From: a virus
Taxonomy: Duplodnaviria > Caudoviricetes
Length of the DNA stretch: 32,415 bases
Virus record (IMG/VR): IMGVR_UViG_3300020042_001672
Coordinates: 1 to 32,415 of that record
Reading direction: 5' to 3' (one strand)
The notes beneath the pieces were generated by a model. The model searched no databases. It saw only the letters and a list, made by a program, of their open reading frames with translations, and had not been told where the DNA came from. Positions 25,623 to 32,415 of the stretch are shown one piece after another (the first letter of the stretch is position 1; each line of letters starts with the position of its first letter). A program made the translations under genes and the position numbers.

Positions 25623-26594
25623 TTATCCTTGTTGAAGCCATGTGTTACTACTAGAAGAAGTGTCTGTCCAAGTGTTAGAGCCTACTGCTATATCACTCCA
25701 TGTTTCTGTTCCTGCTGTTACATTTGTCCAAGTTTCTACACCTGCTGAAACTGTAGACCATGTTTCTGTGCCTGCGGTAGAAGTAGACCATTCCTCACCT
25801 AGTCTATAACCTTTAGCGGTTAGAGATGCTAGACTTGAAACACTACCTACGCCTACTAATATTGCATTTGCACTACATGAAGCTAATGCTGTTGCACTAA
25901 TACTACCTACACCAGTTGCGGTAAAGCCACCTAATGCAGTTGTTGTTGCTGTTGCTGATATAGAACCTGATGTCGTTCTTGTCCTAACACTATCAGAAGC
26001 TACTGTTCCTGTAGAAGCGATAACTCCAACGCCTGACCTAATTCTATTGCAATCACTTACTATAGTTGCTGTGCCATTTATAGTACCATTACTTATAAAG
26101 ATAGCATTACCATTTGCTACTGTTGTAGCGTTGCCTGTGATGCTTCCTATACCTGATCTAACAATATTAGCGTTAGATGTTGCAGTAGCAGTAGCAGTTA
26201 TTGAACCTATGCCACCTGTAATTTTATTAGCATTTGACTCTAAAAATGCGTTAGCAGTAACAGAACCTACACCAGCAGCAATTCTATTTCCACTAGAAAT
26301 AACTGTGCCTGTAGCTGTTACACTTCCTATACCTGTTCTTACTCTATTAGCAGAAGTACTAGCGGTTGCACTAGCTGTTACAATACCTTCTGATAAATTT
26401 ATACAAGCATTAGTAGTCCATAAAGGGTCGTCTAGTGATAAAACTAAACTATCTAAACTACCAAAGGCATCTAACTCGTCTAATGTCCAAGGTCCACAAA
26501 CTTTACCAGTATAAAAGTTATGGTCTAAACTATATGGGACACTTTCTAAACTACCATAGACGTCTAGTTGTTCTAGCGTTAATGGCGTAGGCAT
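25623..26594 (-). CDS. Repetitive Thr/Ser/Ala/Gly-rich structural protein
   Basis: About ten 20-aa repeats (GIGSxTAT...) and five 10-aa W-repeats at the C-terminus. Confidence 0.7.
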   Translation of the reverse strand: MPTPLTLEQLDVYGSLESVPYSLDHNFYTGKVCGPWTLDELDAFGSLDSLVLSLDDPLWTTNACINLSEGIVTASATASTSANRVRTGIGSVTATGTVISSGNRIAAGVGSVTANAFLESNANKITGGIGSITATATATSNANIVRSGIGSITGNATTVANGNAIFISNGTINGTATIVSDCNRIRSGVGVIASTGTVASDSVRTRTTSGSISATATTTALGGFTATGVGSISATALASCSANAILVGVGSVSSLASLTAKGYRLGEEWSTSTAGTETWSTVSAGVETWTNVTAGTETWSDIAVGSNTWTDTSSSSNTWLQQG

Positions 26595-26595
26595 A

Positions 26596-26982
26596 TTAAG
26601 CCAATGTAACTGTTAAACTACCTGAAGCTATCTTAAATATATCACCAGTTTCAATTGTTTTAGATGTGTCTAAAGGTGTGTGATATAAAAGGTTTCCTGA
26701 TGTAGATGCGTCAAATATACCTATATGACTTACTGTTCCCCATGTAGATGTGCAAGTTGGAAATGTGCAGTCAGCATTACTTGCAGCAGCTCCATTAGAA
26801 GGTGCAGCAAAGGTAACGGATGTTCTAGCGTATGAACCACCTGATACTTCTGTGCCTGTATTTGCGTCTGTTGGGTCTGTTGTAAATAATGCTACATATA
26901 CTGTAGCGGGTGATGTATAGCTTGTGTTGCGTAGAGTTGCATTTACAAGTGCGTTCTCTAAATAATTACTCATTTCTGCCAT
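26596..26982 (-). CDS. Conserved virion structural protein (fibre/decoration type)
   Basis: 'MSNYLEN...YVALFTTDP...EVSGGSYAR...WGTVSHIGIFDA..GNLL'. Confidence 0.75.
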   Translation of the reverse strand: MAEMSNYLENALVNATLRNTSYTSPATVYVALFTTDPTDANTGTEVSGGSYARTSVTFAAPSNGAAASNADCTFPTCTSTWGTVSHIGIFDASTSGNLLYHTPLDTSKTIETGDIFKIASGSLTVTLA

Positions 26983-26991
26983 GATATTTTC

Positions 26992-27606
26992 CTATGCGAT
27001 TGTTATTGATAATGGACTGCTTGCGTACTCACTAGACTCATCTGATGATGATAAAGAATTAACACCTCTATCATATAGAGCAGCCCAAGTCTGTATTCTT
27101 GCGTCATTCAGTAAGTATGGTTCTGCTTCACCTAGTGCACCATAAAGAAGTAAATCTGGGCAGTTAGCCAAAAATACATTAGATGATACAGATGAACTTA
27201 ATTCTGTAGGTGCTGCATAATAAAGCATAGAAAGTGTGTAAGCACTATCAGGAACAGGTGCAAAAACAAACTCTGCTGCTAGTACTGTATATTTTGTAGG
27301 TTTACCAGACTCTGTTGTTCTGGCATTTGTATAAAAATTACTAGGGCTTAAATATTCTATAGCACTAGCTGGGTTAGTAGATAAGTGTAAATCTCTCATT
27401 GCTAGAAAGTCACTAGGCAAGGCTACTGTGCCATCACCTGCTGTCATAGCAGTTGTTACGACTTTAAGCATTTGTCTAATACGCAAATCTCTTTTTAGTC
27501 TTTTTTCTGCTAGTGTAATAAAGTCTGGGATTTGTGTTGTTAAGTCTGTACGAGCCAAGTAATCAGCTACAGATGCTTTTAGTTCTGTGTATGTTGTAAA
27601 TGCCAT
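26992..27606 (-). CDS. Head-tail adaptor protein
   Basis: 'YTELKASVADYLAR.DLT..IPDFITLAE' and 'PDLLLYGAL.EA.PYL.ND.R'. Confidence 0.75.
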   Translation of the reverse strand: MAFTTYTELKASVADYLARTDLTTQIPDFITLAEKRLKRDLRIRQMLKVVTTAMTAGDGTVALPSDFLAMRDLHLSTNPASAIEYLSPSNFYTNARTTESGKPTKYTVLAAEFVFAPVPDSAYTLSMLYYAAPTELSSSVSSNVFLANCPDLLLYGALGEAEPYLLNDARIQTWAALYDRGVNSLSSSDESSEYASSPLSITIA

Positions 27607-27914
27607 TATACTGTGCCTTCTCGTGTGCGAAACACTTTGTTATCTGGGTCATTAAGAAATCTTCTAAAGCCTTTTTGGTCTATGACATGGAATCCACGCA
27701 TAATACCTTTTTTGTTTAATTCGTCAAAGACAGTCATAGGAATACTTGCTATCTTGTTATCAAATATATCATCACCCCAACGAGTGCGTTTATCTGTATA
27801 TTTGCGTTGATTGTGATTGTCCTCAATAATATCTGTAATGTCTTGTCTAGTTTCAATTACTAAACCATCATCAGTATCATGGACAACGTTTGTTCTAAAT
27901 GTTGTAGGTTGCAT
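27606..27914 (-). CDS. Conserved hypothetical protein downstream of the capsid gene
   Basis: 'IASIP...FLNDPDNKVFRT' pattern; TAATG coupling. Confidence 0.7.
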   Translation of the reverse strand: MQPTTFRTNVVHDTDDGLVIETRQDITDIIEDNHNQRKYTDKRTRWGDDIFDNKIASIPMTVFDELNKKGIMRGFHVIDQKGFRRFLNDPDNKVFRTREGTV

Positions 27915-27929
27915 ATTAAAATGTCACTA

Positions 27930-27972
27930 TAAAAAGAATGACAGAGGTGTAAGTATGACCTACAACCTCTGC
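27930..27972 (-). terminator. Probable terminator or stabilising hairpin after the major capsid gene
   Basis: Minus strand CAGAGGT(T)GTA...TACACCTCTG stem followed by TCATTCTTTTT. Confidence 0.55.
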
Positions 27973-28006
27973 ACTCAATAATGGATAAAATTCCATTAAA
28001 TTACAA

Positions 28007-28957
28007 CTACTCTGCTAAGTCAGCAATGATTGCGTGAGCACCTTGATTCTTAACTTCTAGTGTGTATTCTACTAAAAGTTGAGTTACATCTGCGTCACCA
28101 GATTTAGCCAATTCATTTGTTTGGAATGGGCGTAAATATGCAACTGCTGCGTACTCTGGGTCAAGAACAAATGCTACTTCACCGCTATCACCAGAATCTG
28201 CAGTCATGAATCTGTTAGGAACAACAGATAATGTACCGAAGTCTGATAAGTAAATATCAGCTGCACCGATGATTGTTGTAGGTTTGTCACTTGGAGCCAT
28301 GTAACGTTGAGCAGCAACACCAGTAAACGCTGAAATGTTTACTTTTTGTGTTGGAGTTGTCATAAGAATGGTTGGAGTACCACCATTAGTATATGCAGAT
28401 TTAACTGCTGACTTAATCATTGCTTCTGTGAAAGCTGCGTCTGTACCAGATACACGAGCTGTAGTGCCTAATGAACCAGCAGTACCGTTAGTGCCACCAA
28501 CGTAGTTAGAATTTAACCAAGTTTGTAGACCACCAAGTGTACGAGCTGTAGTAGCATTACCTGCTGATGCAACTGTGTTGTTTAAAAGTGCTTTTTCCAT
28601 ATCACGTTTAAGTTCGCTAGAAACTTTAGCTAATTGGTAAGCCTTTTCAGATTTACGACCAGCTTTGTTTACTGCTTCCATAGTGCCAGAAATCTTAATT
28701 GTCTTTTCAGAAATTTGAGTTCTGTTACCTACGCGTGTTGTTGGAGTTACTGTAATATCAGAAGCTGTTGCACCTTCAACTGCTGCATTAGCTGCTGCGG
28801 CTGCAAGTGAGTCAAGTTGCCATTCGTGATATGTTGCTGTTGCTTTTGTTTTACCAATAGAACTCATAAATGGAGTTTCTGTAGGTGAGATGTTGTAAAT
28901 AACATCTGTTAAATCTTCTCTAATACCGATAGCGGTATAGGTTTGGAACGTTGCCAT
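28007..28957 (-). CDS. Major capsid protein (DUF5309/SU10-like)
   Basis: 'REDLTDVIYNISPTETPF', 'HEWQLDSL', 'NRTQI', 'ELKRDME', 'EYTLEV'; follows the scaffold. Confidence 0.9.
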   Translation of the reverse strand: MATFQTYTAIGIREDLTDVIYNISPTETPFMSSIGKTKATATYHEWQLDSLAAAAANAAVEGATASDITVTPTTRVGNRTQISEKTIKISGTMEAVNKAGRKSEKAYQLAKVSSELKRDMEKALLNNTVASAGNATTARTLGGLQTWLNSNYVGGTNGTAGSLGTTARVSGTDAAFTEAMIKSAVKSAYTNGGTPTILMTTPTQKVNISAFTGVAAQRYMAPSDKPTTIIGAADIYLSDFGTLSVVPNRFMTADSGDSGEVAFVLDPEYAAVAYLRPFQTNELAKSGDADVTQLLVEYTLEVKNQGAHAIIADLAE

Positions 28958-28966
28958 GATTTTTCC

Positions 28967-29958
28967 TTATTCTAAAAATTGTTCAAATAAAGCTGCGGCA
29001 TCTCGGACTTTGCCTGTTTGTCGCAACTGCTGTGATTGTTTCTTTATTGTTTCGGTGTTATTTGCTTTTGTATTAGCAGAACCAGCCTTCAGCATTTTAG
29101 GTGCTTCTGAACTTTTTTTGTTACTGCTGGCTTTGACTTTTGTAATTTGTCATACATCATAGCCTTATGCAAAGTAACAACGTGCCTAGAGTCATAGACT
29201 TGAGATAACTCTTCGTCTGTAAAACCAAGCGTTTTGCCATAGTTGCGAATTTCCTTACGGACTGTTTCGCCTTTGGTTGGATCTGAAAACTCTGGTAGGA
29301 TTGCAGTTAGCTTTTGTGCTTCTTGAGCAACTCTTTGTTGCATGGCTTGAGCTTGTTCAGATTGTTGGATTTGTCCAATTCTGTACTGCTCGGCTCTTAT
29401 AGCATTAAGTTGGTCTTTCTTTTCAGAAAGTTCAGCCACTTTAACAGCATATCCGATAGGGTCGTTTTCCTTTAGGTAAGATAAATCTTCCTGTGGCGTC
29501 TGTGAAGTTATAAATTGCTCTATAGCTTGCAGACGTTGAGCATATGTATCTCTCGCATACTTGGCTTCTTCTATTGCTGCACGTTCAGCTTCATTAGCCT
29601 TACGTTGTTCAGCAACTTCAGTAGTCTTTTTAGTGTAGTCAGCACCAAGTTGATAACCTTTAACTAATTCATCAAGGGTAACTTCCTTTTCTTCGCCAGC
29701 AGCTTTTACCTTGTAGCGAGGTTGTTCCTCTTCTTCAGTTTCATCATCTTCTTGTTCTTCTTCAGTAGCCTCTACTTCTTCAACTTCTTCTTGTGGCTCT
29801 GCTTCTAGAGCTTCTGCTTCTAATGATTCTTGTTCTACACCTTCTGATTCCTCTTTCGAGTTCGCTGGTGTATTCATTAAACCTTCAAACGCATTGGCTG
29901 CTTGTCCTACTGTAAGCGTGCCACTTCCATCTTCTGGAGTCATGGTTGTTTCACTCAT
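28967..29958 (-). CDS. Capsid scaffolding protein; -1 frameshift near 29113-29119 (zero frame stops at 29089)
   Basis: Acidic N-terminus, 'EVTLDEL..GY...ADYTKKT', 'DSRHV'; the -1 frame continues SEAPKMLKAGS...DAAALFEQFLE and stops next to the capsid RBS. Confidence 0.8.
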
Positions 29959-30007
29959 TTTTATTTCCTATGTTTCCACTAGGGGTGGTAGCCCATTTTA
30001 GAATTGT

Positions 30008-30241
30008 CTAAAATATGTTCCATCGTTTACTCTTAATATCGCTAGTTTTAGCAATGCCTTCAAGAGTATTGATGAGTTCGTTTATACAAGCTATACGGTT
30101 GTATGCTTGTTCTCTAACTTCGTAATCTGTTTGGTTAGAGTTAATAATAGTTTGTAAGTGGTTATCTGTTATTTCTTTAATGACTTCTTGGAAATACTTA
30201 TCGTTTAAAAAGTTAGCTATTGCTTGTGTTTTATCCGACAT
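30008..30241 (-). CDS. Small conserved protein between portal and scaffold
   Basis: ORF track; 'REQAY' helix; synteny. Confidence 0.7.
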   Translation of the reverse strand: MSDKTQAIANFLNDKYFQEVIKEITDNHLQTIINSNQTDYEVREQAYNRIACINELINTLEGIAKTSDIKSKRWNIF

Positions 30242-32327
30242 TCATATCGCCTTTTTGCATTTCATTAAACTTAGATAATGCCTCTATAATAATTTTAGTT
30301 TGGTCACCACGAGTTTTTTCTGCATTATTCTCTGCATCTGCTTGTATTTTCATTTCTTGCATTTGTAGCTCAAGTTGTTTACGAGCATTGTCTATTTGCA
30401 TTTGTTCACGTTCTAAATCTAGTTTAGCCATCTCTGTTCTAGACCTGAGGTCAGCTTTTTCACGTTCTACTTGTGCTAAGATTTGTGTAGCTTCTACGTT
30501 AGCATCTACTTTAGGTGGAGTAGGTTGTGAGAACTGTTCATTTTGTTCTGGAGTAATTTCATTCATAAATGCAGTTGCATCTTTGAATCCAGCCATATTA
30601 ATAAACTTAGCTAATGTATCTCTGTATTGTTTAATAGAGACAAGTGGATTAGAAAGTCCATAACCTTGTATAATTTCTTCTTGTTTAGAAAGAATCATTT
30701 GCATAGTAGCAAGTTGCTCTTGACGAGTTCCTGTACCTAAACCTACATTAATAGAAACATTGTATTGATCGTTCCATTCTCTTGGATTAAATGGTATAAA
30801 TTTGCCATTTAAACGAATCACACGCTCTTTATCTTGATACTTGCATAGTAACTGTAGGATTCCTTTGAAAAGGCTCTTAACACCTGTTTCTGCAAAGATA
30901 CGGGCTATTAATTCTAGCTTACCTGCACTTGCTTGTGACATTGCTGACACAGCAGCAGCCGTTACGTTTTGTAGTATGTTAGGGTCAATACCATTTTGTG
31001 AATCTGATACACCTGTACGTCTTGCTTGTATGCCATCTAAATACTCTAGCATTGGGAAAGACTGTGCTACGTTAGATTGAACAATCATAGGCACAATGGC
31101 GTTAGGATTCTTAATACGAACCACACCACCTGCTGTAGATGTAAGTAAATCATCAAGGTTTACTTGTCCTTCTACTGCACCTACACGATAATTGTTTGTA
31201 AGGTAGAGGTTATCTAACATTTGTCTTACAACTGTAGACTTAATAAGCTGTAAGTCTAAGGCTCTGTCTGCTAAAGACTGACCATAGAACTTATGTGGGA
31301 TAGGAATAGGGCAAATAGAATGGAAAGGTACATAATCACAATCCATATCTTCTAAAATCTCTTGAGAAGCGTATACTACACGCCTTAATTCAGCAATACC
31401 GTCATTATTATAGTCAGTTTTGATGTAACATTCGTAAACTTCTATGATTTCCATAGATTCATCTTGTGAACCCATAGAGTTTGGCTCTTCGCCACGAGTA
31501 TAACGAGCAATTCTTTCAGGACTAAACTCTAATGTATCACCAGCAGCAAGACCTTCTACAATTTTTCTATCAAAACCCATTGCAATCAACTCTGAACGAG
31601 TCATTTGTCTACGATGAGCTACAAAAGGTGAGTCTTGTATAGTCTTTGCACGTTTAGATATTAAAAATTCTTCTGGTGGTATGTTTTCTACGACTACTGA
31701 ACCCTTGTTTACAGTCTTTTTAATTTTAACGTTATGCGTTCTGTTAGTTTGCATCATAGGCATACCAGTCATTAGGTCTACTGCTGGCATCCCTGTCATA
31801 GGGTCTATGACTTCTATAGAGTTTTCTATAGTTTCTTGACTAATAACTTCTAATTCTTGGTCTTGCATAAGCATAAGGAGTTCATCGTCTGATAAACCTT
31901 CATACTTTTCTTTAGTAACGTCTTGTTTGTCATCCCAATAGGCTTTAACTACACCTGTTTTTTGTAAAAGTGCGTCTTTAAACCAATTATGTAGGATTAA
32001 GAAACCATCATTATCTTTATAAAATACCCAGTTACAATATTCTGTAGCTTGTTTAGAAAATGGTTCATCACCATCATTGACTGGTTGAAATTCAACTACG
32101 TTATCAGAAGATGTAAATACACGAATAAGTTGTGGGAGTGCACCGTCTACTACTTCTGCTACTTCTCCAGTAACAATAGAAGACTTACCTTCTATTTCAT
32201 TACCATAAGGCTCACGAAGATAGTACTCTAATGCTTTTTGTCTTTCGTCTGTAGTATCTGTTTCGATAAACCCTAAGGCATTATCTATTTCAGATTCAAT
32301 AATCGACTTTAATTTATTTTCATCCAT
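30231..32327 (-). CDS. Portal protein (P22-like); probable start MDENK at 32327
   Basis: 'ALEYY..EPYGNE..GKS', 'WFKDALLQKTGVVK', 'PIPHKFYG', 'LIARIFAETG', C-terminal coiled-coil barrel; TAATG coupling. Confidence 0.9.
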   Translation of the reverse strand: MDENKLKSIIESEIDNALGFIETDTTDERQKALEYYLREPYGNEIEGKSSIVTGEVAEVVDGALPQLIRVFTSSDNVVEFQPVNDGDEPFSKQATEYCNWVFYKDNDGFLILHNWFKDALLQKTGVVKAYWDDKQDVTKEKYEGLSDDELLMLMQDQELEVISQETIENSIEVIDPMTGMPAVDLMTGMPMMQTNRTHNVKIKKTVNKGSVVVENIPPEEFLISKRAKTIQDSPFVAHRRQMTRSELIAMGFDRKIVEGLAAGDTLEFSPERIARYTRGEEPNSMGSQDESMEIIEVYECYIKTDYNNDGIAELRRVVYASQEILEDMDCDYVPFHSICPIPIPHKFYGQSLADRALDLQLIKSTVVRQMLDNLYLTNNYRVGAVEGQVNLDDLLTSTAGGVVRIKNPNAIVPMIVQSNVAQSFPMLEYLDGIQARRTGVSDSQNGIDPNILQNVTAAAVSAMSQASAGKLELIARIFAETGVKSLFKGILQLLCKYQDKERVIRLNGKFIPFNPREWNDQYNVSINVGLGTGTRQEQLATMQMILSKQEEIIQGYGLSNPLVSIKQYRDTLAKFINMAGFKDATAFMNEITPEQNEQFSQPTPPKVDANVEATQILAQVEREKADLRSRTEMAKLDLEREQMQIDNARKQLELQMQEMKIQADAENNAEKTRGDQTKIIIEALSKFNEMQKGDMNVG

Positions 32328-32365
32328 TAAACTATCCATTTAGTATTTACGTTAATCGGTTTATT
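32327..32365 (-). CDS. Possible extreme C-terminus of the terminase large subunit (NKPINVNTKWIV*)
   Basis: Stop overlaps the portal ATG (TAATG) at the expected position; the frame is not open to the window edge. Confidence 0.35.
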   Translation of the reverse strand, partial: NKPINVNTKWIV

Positions 32366-32415
32366 CACAGGTAAAGAACATAGCAAATCATCTAAAAAAC
32401 TTGTGCACTATAAAG

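Noticed and set aside
25630-26400. Periodic 30- and 60-bp repeats resembling an array
   Set aside because: Degenerate at the DNA level and explained by protein repeats; no identical repeats with unique spacers, so not CRISPR.
4867-32231. Numerous antisense or alternate-frame ORFs in the track (e.g. 4867, 5398, 6128, 8515, 9621, 10219, 11617, 17886, 26047, 28956, 30220, 30841, 32049)
   Set aside because: They lie opposite or within well-supported genes and lack RBSs or motifs; treated as shadows.
32361-32369. TTATTCACA DnaA-box-like 9-mer
   Set aside because: Single copy in AT-rich DNA at a suspect junction; expected by chance.
1-32415. tRNA, rRNA, integrase, transposase or stop-codon recoding
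   Set aside because: None recognisable by eye; genes are intact under the standard code with TAA, TAG and TGA all used as stops. A tRNAscan/Infernal run would be needed to exclude small RNAs.

Overview
A nearly complete, AT-rich, tailed dsDNA phage genome segment with podovirus/P22-like virion genes and a lambdoid regulatory layout. It has four blocks. (i) 1-1162 (+): tightly coupled tiny ORFs. (ii) 5132->1254 (-): cro-like gene, replication initiator, DnaB-like helicase, ninB, nucleases and a Q-like antiterminator, followed by a consensus promoter and terminator resembling lambda pR'/tR'. (iii) 5286->10012 (+): ERF recombinase, YqaJ exonuclease, SSB-like protein, SleB-type hydrolase, glycosyltransferase, FkbM methyltransferase and DUF3310. 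(iv) 32327->10074 (-): portal, scaffold, capsid, adaptor, tail fibres, ejection proteins, lysis genes and an exonuclease. The most notable element is missed by the ORF track: a 23-codon pqqA gene (PQQ cofactor precursor peptide, MWTKPSATEMRFGFEVTMYVMNK) inserted antisense in the early operon with its own RBS and candidate promoter and terminator. It points to a Methylophilaceae-type methylotroph host. No cI repressor or integrase is visible. The scaffold gene has a -1 frameshift at an A7 run, and the last ~50 bp look like a chimeric or inverted junction. All protein calls come from motif recognition and synteny, not database searches.
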